64,000 nucleotides of DNA, taken from positions 280,158 through 344,157 of the forward strand of contig OZ246408.1 in assembly GCA_965231015.1 (NCBI GenBank). The letters are read 5' to 3'. Shown one piece after another: positions 56,394 through 64,000 of the stretch (position 1 is the first letter of the stretch; each line of letters opens with the position of its first letter). The position numbers and the translations under genes are program-made. The DNA is from an uncultured Gammaproteobacteria bacterium. GTDB lineage: Bacteria > Patescibacteriota > Patescibacteriia > UBA9934 > CAZDDW01. Under the pieces are notes generated by a model. It ran no database searches and was not told the origin of the DNA. It worked only from the letters and a program-made list of their open reading frames with translations.

Positions 56394-57158
56394 ATGAATC
56401 CCATGCGATCAACTTTGGTGGTTTTTGTAACCCTGCTTGTTTTAATTGGTACGGTCTTTTTGACGTTTACTCGTCTGCCTGAAGAACAGTTTGTTATTTC
56501 CGAGGACGGAATATTCAGCATAGAAGCCATGACCGGCAGTGACGTAACCATTGACGTTACAGAAGCCGGGGTAGGGCGCGAGGCCGGTGCGGCCGTGATA
56601 GGCAATGTTTATTATGTGACCCCATCGGAAGCCCGATTGTCTGAAGTGGCCACCATTCGAATTCGCTACACCGAGGAGCAGGTTAAGGAGTTGAATTTGT
56701 CTAATCTCTCCATTGCTTATTATGATTTGGATGTTGAGGCCTGGCACAGGGTTCCAACCAGCCTAGACCGTACTCGACAAATATTTTCAGCTGAAACCGG
56801 GCACCTATCCAGTTGGGCTCTGATCCAGACTCACCAAATTGTTAAACCAAACCTGGTTAATGATGCGGCATCTCGTTTGCGCGAATTGCCTCCCTCTGGC
56901 GCTACTGGATATGTGATGGAGTTGGCATATTCAATTGAGGGCGATGATTATATATTGCTTGAGGAAACTATAACAAGCGGTGGGTGCGGTGGAATATATC
57001 AGGTGGGTGAGCATACCGCACAAACCGATGATTCTTTTACCACAACCGCCCAGGTGGATGGAGTTGATCAAGAAGTAGAATTTAAACTGGTGGCTACCTG
57101 GGAGATTGGGCAAGGTTGTGTAGAGGATGCTCCACTTAGTCCAACTTCAACTCGGTAG
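56394..57158 (+). CDS. Secreted hypothetical protein (about 255 aa)
   Basis: Start at MNPMRSTLVVFVTLLVLIG (signal/TM). The track ORF start 56238 is an upstream extension. Confidence 0.5.
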   Translation: MNPMRSTLVVFVTLLVLIGTVFLTFTRLPEEQFVISEDGIFSIEAMTGSDVTIDVTEAGVGREAGAAVIGNVYYVTPSEARLSEVATIRIRYTEEQVKELNLSNLSIAYYDLDVEAWHRVPTSLDRTRQIFSAETGHLSSWALIQTHQIVKPNLVNDAASRLRELPPSGATGYVMELAYSIEGDDYILLEETITSGGCGGIYQVGEHTAQTDDSFTTTAQVDGVDQEVEFKLVATWEIGQGCVEDAPLSPTSTR

Positions 57159-57214
57159 CCTTGCCAGTGGCAAATTATTAAGATAAAATAGAATTGTTTT
57201 AAAGGAGGAAAAAT

Positions 57215-57442
57215 ATGCCAACCAAAAAAACTGCTAAAAAGAAACCAGCTAAAAGAAAGACTAAAACAAAGTCGCCTGACTGTTTTCATTGTGACCATTT
57301 GCCGTTAAAAAGCGGTGAGTTGGTGGCAATTCTTGTTTGTCTGGTTGTGTCACTGTCTGCGGTTTTGCTGACTTCAATGACCATTATAGAGGATCAGCAA
57401 CATCAAATTGCTCAATATCAAGAACTATTCACACGACGATAA
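57215..57442 (+). CDS. Small basic membrane protein (75 aa)
   Basis: RBS AAAGGAGG. Lys-rich N-terminus, CxxC pair, one TM segment. Confidence 0.4.
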   Translation: MPTKKTAKKKPAKRKTKTKSPDCFHCDHLPLKSGELVAILVCLVVSLSAVLLTSMTIIEDQQHQIAQYQELFTRR

Positions 57443-57443
57443 T

Positions 57444-58079
57444 ATGAAATACACTGTAGCTTTTCTGGCTCTTTTTATTTTTCTTGGAGCCGGCTGTGCC
57501 AACTCTTTTGATGACACTGTAAGTATGGAGGACGTATCATTACCAAGCGGAAAAGAAGCCGCTTCTGATTTAGAAAGTGAAACTAAGACAACTGAACCTA
57601 TGACCCAAACCTGGACTTTCCCGGGAGTTCTACCGGATGAAGAAATTAAAAATAAACAAATTCGAATCAAGACCGACAAGGGTGATATTGTGTTTGATCT
57701 GTTTGCTGACACAGCCCCAATGACCGTTTCCAACTTCGTATACTTGACTTCAGGTGGGTACTACAACGGTTTGACCTTTCACCGTCGAGAAGAAGGATTC
57801 GTAATTCAAGGAGGTGATCCTAACGGGAACGGAACCGGTGGTCCAGGATATAAGTTTGAAGATGAACTTGATGATGAGTATGGTTATGACCGTGGGATTG
57901 TGGCTATGGCCAACTCCGGAGCTAACACCAATGGTAGTCAGTTTTTTGTGATGCTTGAAGACACACCATTGCCTAAAGCTTATACGATTTTTGGTCGCGT
58001 GACCGAGGGAATTGATGTAGTGGATCAGATCATGGTAGGTGACACCATGACCGAAGTGGTGGTCGAAGACAAGGAATAA
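57444..58079 (+). CDS. Cyclophilin-type peptidyl-prolyl cis-trans isomerase, lipoprotein
   Basis: Lipobox LGAGC, then cyclophilin motifs (FHRREEGFVIQGGD, MANSGANTNGSQFF). Confidence 0.8.
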   Translation: MKYTVAFLALFIFLGAGCANSFDDTVSMEDVSLPSGKEAASDLESETKTTEPMTQTWTFPGVLPDEEIKNKQIRIKTDKGDIVFDLFADTAPMTVSNFVYLTSGGYYNGLTFHRREEGFVIQGGDPNGNGTGGPGYKFEDELDDEYGYDRGIVAMANSGANTNGSQFFVMLEDTPLPKAYTIFGRVTEGIDVVDQIMVGDTMTEVVVEDKE

Positions 58080-58081
58080 CC

Positions 58082-58303
58082 ATGATTTCAAAAGGGATCT
58101 ACAAACACTATAAAGGAGGGGAGTATGAGGTGATGAGAGTTGGTCGTGACTCAGAGAATTTAGAGCTCGTAGTTATCTACCGAGCTCTTTATGAATCTGA
58201 AGAATTCGGTCCAAATGCCATTTGGGTTCGTCCTTTAAAGATGTTTGAGGAAAAGGTGGTCGTGGACGGGGTCAAACAACCACGTTTTCGTAAGGTTGAT
58301 TGA
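58082..58303 (+). CDS. Small conserved protein (DUF1653-like)
   Basis: GIYKHYKGGEYEV motif. 73 aa. Confidence 0.45.
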   Translation: MISKGIYKHYKGGEYEVMRVGRDSENLELVVIYRALYESEEFGPNAIWVRPLKMFEEKVVVDGVKQPRFRKVD

Positions 58304-58435
58304 ATTTTTGTGCTATAATAGGCACATGCTCGGTAGTCCAACCTTAATGAAACCAAACAAGTTTTGATTAGTTTTATTGAGTAGATAACTATTGGGTTGA
58401 TATTATAGATTCTCTTTTAAGTTGTACTATCGAGT

Positions 58436-59848
58436 ATGCCGAAGTTAACTGAAAAACATTTTTTTAAGTACGCCAAATGTCCGCTTTGGTTATATTTTGA
58501 TGAGCATGAGGAAGAACAGAAGCTTGTTGATCCTCTTATCGACAAATTGGCTGATGATGGTTTGATTCCGGAAATCGAACTCGAGATTCTAAAAAGGACA
58601 AAGGATAAAGGACAAGGTATTAAAGAAATCGAGATCGAAGATATCGAAGAGGCTTTTCGCGAAACGCTCGAAGCAATGCGTGAAGGTGTACAAACTATTT
58701 ATCACGGTGTACTTGTGAACGGTCACTGGGTAGCGCGGCCGGATTTGCTTGAACGAGTAGAAGGCAAGTCTCGGTTTGGTGATTATTATTATGTAGCGTG
58801 TGACGTTAAGCGTGGTCGTAAAGTAACCCGTGAGTATATGTTCCAGGGTTCGTTTTATGCCGAGTTGTTAATGTTGATACAAGGAATTCGTCCGGTACGT
58901 GGATATGTGATTGATCCGGATGGTGTAACTCGAGATTATTTGCTCGAAGACTATCGTTCCCGGTTCCATCTTTCGCTCGATGAAATTGAACGCATCATGG
59001 CCGGTAAACGCCCGGCTCACTTTATGACGGCCGGGTGCAAGCATTCTCCCTGGTTTGACGAGTGCAAGCTTGAGGCGGAAAGTTGTGATGACGTGTCGCT
59101 TTTAAACAGGATCTACGCTCGCGAAGTGACTGCCTTGCGCGAGGCAGGGTATGGCACCATTTCTCGTTTAGCAAACACTGGTTTACTGGAGCTCGAAGCT
59201 GAGGTCTCCTCGGTTTCAGGTGAGAGACTGATGATGCTCCACAATCAAGCCAAGTCCATTATTGAAGATAAGATTGTGGTTAAAGACGTTATGGATTTTC
59301 CTGAATCCGAGACCGAGCTTTATTTTGATATTGAGTCAGACCCGTTGCGTGATTTGGATTATCTGTTTGGTGTACTTGAAGTGAAAAAAGGAAAAGAAAA
59401 GTACCATGCCTTTGTGGCCAAGAAACCGGAAGACGAACAAAAAGCCTTTGAACAATTCCTGAAGTTCATGGGCAAACATCCGGACGTTCCGGTTTACCAC
59501 TACGGTTGGTATGAGGTCGAGGTGTTGCGTCGGCTCGGGGAGAAGTACGATGTTGATCCGGTAGTCGTCGCAAAAATTGAATCGCAAATGATCGATCTTA
59601 TGGTTATTTTGCGTGATAACGTAATTTTCCCGTTGTATTTTTACTCGCTCAAAGATCTGGCTAAGCACCTCGGGTTCAAGTGGAGAAATGCTGACGCTAC
59701 GGGAATTCAATCTGTGCTTTGGTATGAAGAATATTTGCAAAATCGGCGCAAAAAGTCTAAATTAGATGAAATTCTTAAATATAACGAAGACGATGTGTTA
59801 GCCACTAAATTTTTAAAAGAGTGGGCGACTAAACAAGACACTACTTAA
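58436..59848 (+). CDS. Putative RecB-family/RNase-H-like nuclease (TM0106-like)
   Basis: N-terminal Cys-containing region, central acidic LYFDIESDP motif, about 470 aa. Family assignment is tentative. Confidence 0.4.
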   Translation: MPKLTEKHFFKYAKCPLWLYFDEHEEEQKLVDPLIDKLADDGLIPEIELEILKRTKDKGQGIKEIEIEDIEEAFRETLEAMREGVQTIYHGVLVNGHWVARPDLLERVEGKSRFGDYYYVACDVKRGRKVTREYMFQGSFYAELLMLIQGIRPVRGYVIDPDGVTRDYLLEDYRSRFHLSLDEIERIMAGKRPAHFMTAGCKHSPWFDECKLEAESCDDVSLLNRIYAREVTALREAGYGTISRLANTGLLELEAEVSSVSGERLMMLHNQAKSIIEDKIVVKDVMDFPESETELYFDIESDPLRDLDYLFGVLEVKKGKEKYHAFVAKKPEDEQKAFEQFLKFMGKHPDVPVYHYGWYEVEVLRRLGEKYDVDPVVVAKIESQMIDLMVILRDNVIFPLYFYSLKDLAKHLGFKWRNADATGIQSVLWYEEYLQNRRKKSKLDEILKYNEDDVLATKFLKEWATKQDTT

Positions 59849-59849
59849 T

Positions 59850-60782
59850 ATGTTTCGGAGATTATTTCCAATTTTTTTATTCTTTCTGATCATCGGAGGA
59901 GTTTATGCTTACATGAACCGAATTCAGATTGCTGAAATGTTAATGGGTGAAGAGCAGGTGGATGTACCGGCTTTTACTTTTGCTGAGATTCAGGGAACTT
60001 CTAATGAAGTCGAAGAAGAAGAACCGGAAAGTCATGTGGTCAGGGAAGAAGGGAGCATGGTGGCCGGAGAAATTGAGGTTGATAATGAAGTACGAGACGA
60101 AGAGAATATAGCAGATCCGGGTGATACGGATCAAGTAACAGAGATTAGAGGAACAGATTCTTCAGATGAAGCTGACATTGTTGATACTGCAGAGGTTGAC
60201 GTTGCAGAATATGATGAATGGAATTTGGCGATTCCATGGACCACTCAAGCCCCATTTGCTAATTGGGATGAAACTCATGAAGATACCTGCGAAGAAGCTT
60301 CGGTTTACATGGCCTATTTATACTTTGAGGGATATCCGGAAGGATTGGTTGATCCTACCACTGCTGATGAGGCCTTGCTTGAAATGGTGCGTGAGCAAAA
60401 TGAATATTTTGGTTTTTTCAAAGACACCACGGCCGCTCAAACCGCAGACTTTGTAAAACAATTTTACAATCTTGACTATGATTTGATTTATAATCCGTCC
60501 GTAGAGGATATGAAAGAAGCAATTGTGCAGGGGTACCCGGTAGTAGCTCCGATGGCTGGGCAGATCTTGGCGAACCCTTACTTTACTCCACCCGGGCCGG
60601 ATTATCACATGTTAATTGTGAAGGGCTTTACCAGCGAGGGCTTTATCACCAATGATCCAGGAACGCGGCACGGAGAAAATTGGTTATATAAATACGATCA
60701 TTTTATGGATTCAATTCATGATTATAACGCCGGAAATGTTGAGACCGGACAGAAAGTTATAATTGTGTTTAAACCTTTGTAA
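59850..60782 (+). CDS. Secreted papain-like (C39-like) peptidase-domain protein
   Basis: N-terminal TM segment, acidic linker, then a Cys (DTCEEASVYMA) and a His (DYHMLIVKGF) in papain-like order. Tentative. Confidence 0.4.
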   Translation: MFRRLFPIFLFFLIIGGVYAYMNRIQIAEMLMGEEQVDVPAFTFAEIQGTSNEVEEEEPESHVVREEGSMVAGEIEVDNEVRDEENIADPGDTDQVTEIRGTDSSDEADIVDTAEVDVAEYDEWNLAIPWTTQAPFANWDETHEDTCEEASVYMAYLYFEGYPEGLVDPTTADEALLEMVREQNEYFGFFKDTTAAQTADFVKQFYNLDYDLIYNPSVEDMKEAIVQGYPVVAPMAGQILANPYFTPPGPDYHMLIVKGFTSEGFITNDPGTRHGENWLYKYDHFMDSIHDYNAGNVETGQKVIIVFKPL

Positions 60783-60783
60783 T

Positions 60784-61245
60784 ATGGATTTTTGGCTTGG
60801 GGCTTCTTTGGCCGGGTTGGCTGCCTTTGCTCTATCGATTCCAGCTATTGTGGTTGAGCTAGCTGACCGTCAACATAAAATAAACCTGCCACTGCTCGTT
60901 GATGTGCGAGAGATTTTTGGTCGCAAGATTGCTCCTACAGAAATGTTTTGGATTGCCTTGTTGGTACATCTGGTGCTTGGAACCTTGTTTGGACTTGCTT
61001 ATGAGGTTTTTGTAGGACTTGGTTGGATTGAACCTTATACAGTTCCTTCAATGTTGATCTTTGTTGTGTTATTTTGGCTTGTGGTTGGTGCGGTTTTATT
61101 TCCGCTGATTGGATTTGGAATTTTTGCCGTTAAAGAAGGAAGATGGGTCTGGCTCGAAGTTCTGATTACGTATTTGTTGATTGGAACAATCATGTTTCTT
61201 GGCATCGATTGGTTCCGACCGTTTTTCTTTGCCTTACCAGTATAA
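60784..61245 (+). CDS. Small polytopic membrane protein
   Basis: 4 predicted TM helices. Confidence 0.45.
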   Translation: MDFWLGASLAGLAAFALSIPAIVVELADRQHKINLPLLVDVREIFGRKIAPTEMFWIALLVHLVLGTLFGLAYEVFVGLGWIEPYTVPSMLIFVVLFWLVVGAVLFPLIGFGIFAVKEGRWVWLEVLITYLLIGTIMFLGIDWFRPFFFALPV

Positions 61246-61261
61246 ATTCTTTGTGGTGGAT

Positions 61262-61335
61262 ATGTCCCGATCGGACTTTTTTCACCACGAATTTAAGCTT
61301 AAAGTAGATACATTTTTGTCCCGATCGGGACGTTT
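61262..61335. repeat. Two copies about 48 bp apart of TGTCCCGATCGG(G)AC..TTTT, containing the 14-bp perfect palindrome GTCCCGATCGGGAC
   Basis: Read directly between convergent genes. Confidence 0.4.
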
Positions 61336-61352
61336 TATCACCAAAGAAAAAA

Positions 61353-61392
61353 AACCCGGAGCTGACGAGTGCCAGCTCCGGGTTTTGGAGTA
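61353..61392. terminator. Bidirectional intrinsic terminator
   Basis: AAAAAAAA CCCGGAGCTG acgagtgc CAGCTCCGGG TTTTGG. Confidence 0.6.
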
Positions 61393-61408
61393 GTAGGAGT
61401 TAGGGGGT

Positions 61409-62554
61409 CTAGAGGTATTCGCCGATCTCGGAGTCCTCCTCGATCCTCTGGATGATCTCGCGGATGCGGACCGCTTCCACGTCCCAGTTGTCCGTGACGT
61501 GGAACCCGGCCTCGATCAAGCGCTCTTGCAGCGCCTTGATGATCTCGTCCGGAATGTCCCAGCAGGTCTGAGCAGATTCGCGATCACTGCGCAGCAACGC
61601 CAGGCCCATGACCGTGTGGCAGGTTCGTTTCAAATGGATGATGTACACAGGGCCGATCTTGAGCCGAATGAACAGCTGCTTGACCGTCGTCTCATTCTTC
61701 ATCAGTTGCTCGACAAGTTCTCGCTGCAGATTTTTCCGCCGTTCGATCCGGTCGACTTCGCGCTGGCGCTCGTGCTCCGCGGCCAGCTTCACGGCCTCGT
61801 GGTAGCTCTCGGGCGGCTCGCTCGGCAGGGACTCGACGAGCCCCGGCGGCACCAGCACGCAGGCGTGCAGGTCGTACTCACCACTGTACTGCTGCTTGCG
61901 CACCGCTTTCTCGCTCCAGAGCTTTCCGGATTTTTGAACTTCTTGCTCGAACGGACCTTTGCGTCGGTTCCACTCGATGAACTGAGCGATGTAGTACACG
62001 TCGTACTCCTCACCCATCATCACGATCCACCCGGCGTCGTCATATGTAATAGCCCCGGAATCCTGACAAACATCCCACTGAGCGAGCGGCAGGCGCATGA
62101 TGCGCCGGAACTTCGGGTCGCTCCAGTACACCGGCTGGACCAAGTCGAAGTCGATGTTCATATCCCGCGGCAGTCCCAGATGTTCGTTCAGGAAGCTGCG
62201 GATGGCCTCGACCGTCTTGAAGCTCTTCGAGAAGCACACCACGTACCACTCGATGACGTACTTGATGCCGTACTTGCGGCAGAAAGTCTTGGCACGCTTC
62301 GGGAGCGGCAGGTCATCGAACTTGAGGTTCACGAGCTCCTGCAGCTTCTCGTGGCTGAGCTCGGTTCCGGGCTCATTGCGCTCGATCACCGCACCCAGGC
62401 GGTTCTCCTTGAACATCTGGAGCGCTCTCACCAGCACCTCAATCATCTCGACCGAACGCTTGCCGCGCTCGATCAGGCCGTAGGCGTAGGCGTACAGACT
62501 CGCCATTCTTTTCAGAAGCTTGGTCATCTTGGCCTTGCCGGTCTTAGCGGTCAT
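61409..62554 (-). CDS. Hypothetical protein (381 aa), GC-rich
   Basis: About 60% GC. The overlapping plus-strand ORFs are judged spurious. Confidence 0.5.
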   Translation of the reverse strand: MTAKTGKAKMTKLLKRMASLYAYAYGLIERGKRSVEMIEVLVRALQMFKENRLGAVIERNEPGTELSHEKLQELVNLKFDDLPLPKRAKTFCRKYGIKYVIEWYVVCFSKSFKTVEAIRSFLNEHLGLPRDMNIDFDLVQPVYWSDPKFRRIMRLPLAQWDVCQDSGAITYDDAGWIVMMGEEYDVYYIAQFIEWNRRKGPFEQEVQKSGKLWSEKAVRKQQYSGEYDLHACVLVPPGLVESLPSEPPESYHEAVKLAAEHERQREVDRIERRKNLQRELVEQLMKNETTVKQLFIRLKIGPVYIIHLKRTCHTVMGLALLRSDRESAQTCWDIPDEIIKALQERLIEAGFHVTDNWDVEAVRIREIIQRIEEDSEIGEYL

Positions 62555-62727
62555 GGCTTTCTCCTAGAAATGGAAGGTTCTGTTTCACACTGTGGTGCTA
62601 GCACAGCGAGTTTCCCCAGGCTCAGCATATGCCGGTATTCGCAGTCATATTAAAGCTGAACACGAGTAAGTCAACCCCCATGGTTAACTGCCGTAGCGTA
62701 GCTTATATAAGCTATTTTGTCAAGCAA

Positions 62728-62765
62728 TACAAAAGACAGGACTGATTGGCCCTGTCTTTTAGTTT
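62728..62765 (-). terminator. Intrinsic terminator after the peptidase gene
   Basis: AAGACAGG ... CCTGTCTT stem. On the minus strand it is followed by TTTTGTATT. Confidence 0.45.
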
Positions 62766-62783
62766 TATTGCTGATCAGCTGTT

Positions 62784-64000
62784 TTACATAATCATCAGAG
62801 CCTCGACCTGCACCTCGCTTGACCAATCACCCTCACCTTCGTCGTTTACGCCACGCACTTGAAAAATCAGGTCTGAGCCAAGATACGGGAAGTCATTGAT
62901 CTGCATCAAGTGTTCGCCGGTGTTATCTCCTTCGGCCGTAAAACTGCTGTAGGTGGTTCCATCTCCCTCGTCCCACCGGTAGCGGATTTCATAGTTCTTG
63001 GCCTCAGGTACCGGACTCCAGTTGACCGTAAAGGCCATGTGCTGCAAGACCGGATCCGTCACCACCACGTTTTCCACCTGTGGTGGCACGTCATTCTCTT
63101 CCGGCCAGAGTTCCAGGCTGTATTCCCAGTTGGCAAACGGTACGGCCACGTTTTCCGGGGTCGAATCCCAAGTATCATGCACAATCACCCAGTCCTGCTC
63201 CCCATTGCCATCTCCGGCATCGTAGCCAATCAGGTAGCCGACCACGGTCACGGCATGGCCCACGTCGCCGCTGGCCCAAACTTCGTACGGCGCTTCCATG
63301 GTGGCGTCACCCGAGTTACTGATGCTCGGACCCCAGCCGTAAAAGTGCACAGTCTCGCCGTCCGGCGCCTCTTCGTTTACACCAAGGTCCCGCGGGTTCC
63401 AATAGGTGAACGCCATTACCAGCGGATGCTCGTCATCCACCGCGTCCACGGCGTGATCCCAGGCGTCTTCATCGCTAGTGTCACTCCAGAAATGCTCTTC
63501 AGCTCCCCAGTTGTTGTAGCTGGTTTTGCCGGCCAGGTTAGCCGGTACGCTAAATCCGTAATCGCTCGGGTCATTACCTCCCCAGGTTAGGAACTCGTCC
63601 AGCCCCGGAAAAATATCCCAGTGAATAGTACCGCTCATGCCGGAATTGCCCCGAGCCGTACTACCGACGTTATTGGTATCCATGAACCATCCCAGGTAAT
63701 CGGAAATCACAGCCTCGTTATTGCCGGCGGTAACTCCGTTCGTGTAATCCTCGTTGGCATCTTCCCAGTACTCCAGCACATTGGCCGTGGCCAGCGGAGT
63801 GCACCAGTTGCCGACGTTGGCGGAAGCCAAAGTATTGGGCGGCGGCTGGACGCCGTTTGGCACTTTACGGGTCATTTTCATGTAAGGGTGCACGGTAATT
63901 TCCTCAACATTGCTCCAGTCACCCTCAGTGCTACCCTCGAGTGCTTTAACCCGATAATGATAAGTGGTGGAGATTTTGACGTATTTAACAAAACCAGTGT
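62784..64000 (-). CDS. Large secreted multidomain protein fragment (continues beyond the window end): papain-like cysteine peptidase domain flanked by FN3-like domains
   Basis: Cys motif NVGNWCTPLATANVLEYW, His motif GHAVTVVGY, DWVIVHDTWD, C-terminal FN3-like module. The reading frame stays open upstream of the listed GTG start to position 64000. Confidence 0.5.
   Translation of the reverse strand, partial: TGFVKYVKISTTYHYRVKALEGSTEGDWSNVEEITVHPYMKMTRKVPNGVQPPPNTLASANVGNWCTPLATANVLEYWEDANEDYTNGVTAGNNEAVISDYLGWFMDTNNVGSTARGNSGMSGTIHWDIFPGLDEFLTWGGNDPSDYGFSVPANLAGKTSYNNWGAEEHFWSDTSDEDAWDHAVDAVDDEHPLVMAFTYWNPRDLGVNEEAPDGETVHFYGWGPSISNSGDATMEAPYEVWASGDVGHAVTVVGYLIGYDAGDGNGEQDWVIVHDTWDSTPENVAVPFANWEYSLELWPEENDVPPQVENVVVTDPVLQHMAFTVNWSPVPEAKNYEIRYRWDEGDGTTYSSFTAEGDNTGEHLMQINDFPYLGSDLIFQVRGVNDEGEGDWSSEVQVEALMIM

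Noticed and set aside
61499-62653. 384-aa plus-strand ORF antisense to the 61409-62554 gene, and 62910-63590 antisense to the peptidase gene
   Set aside because: Same reasoning: low-complexity Arg/Leu/His-rich translations, with the recognisable protein on the other strand.

Overview
This is a 64-kb, gene-dense bacterial window at roughly 45% GC. It mixes translation and other housekeeping operons with small, GC-rich (55-62%) inserted segments, and looks like a small, streamlined (possibly Patescibacteria/CPR-like) genome, which is inference only. Core genes recognised from the protein sequences are listed here. Translation: thrS with a T-box-like leader, miaB-miaA, gatB, secE-nusG-rplK-rplA, gyrB, rodA/ftsW, rplY, prmC, prfA, rpmE, queA, rpsB-tsf. 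Glycolysis: gap-pgk-eno and gpmI. DNA repair and cell wall: fpg, mltG, uvrD-like helicase, dinB, lexA, cyclophilin. A thymidylate-synthesis cluster: dCMP deaminase, nucleotide kinase, thyA, folA, dut, tmk-like kinase. The clearest system is a complete diversity-generating retroelement (DGR) at about 37.6-40.3 kb, inserted between eno and gpmI. It has a GC-rich target gene whose 3' variable repeat (VR) matches a downstream template repeat (TR) except at TR adenines, an Avd-like four-helix-bundle gene on the opposite strand, and an RT carrying the DGR-type IGNLTSQ motif, a YTDD catalytic box and a G10 homopolymer. Other notable items: (1) a GC-rich island at 3.2-6.25 kb encoding an SF2 helicase fused to six tandem 58-aa aromatic repeats; (2) a short GC-rich repeat family containing (CGCACGT)x3 that sits in-frame inside queA and dinB and intergenically upstream of nusG; (3) an in-frame 9-bp microsatellite in queA; (4) a lexA - small ORFs - dinB SOS cassette with a candidate operator palindrome; (5) a GC-rich block at 52.7-56.3 kb encoding an M19 dipeptidase and an unusual sigma-70-region-4 + RNAP alpha-CTD-like fusion protein; (6) a structured GC-rich intergenic element ending in a long terminator hairpin at about 26.9-27.1 kb, a candidate ncRNA. 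No rRNA, tRNA or CRISPR array was recognised.
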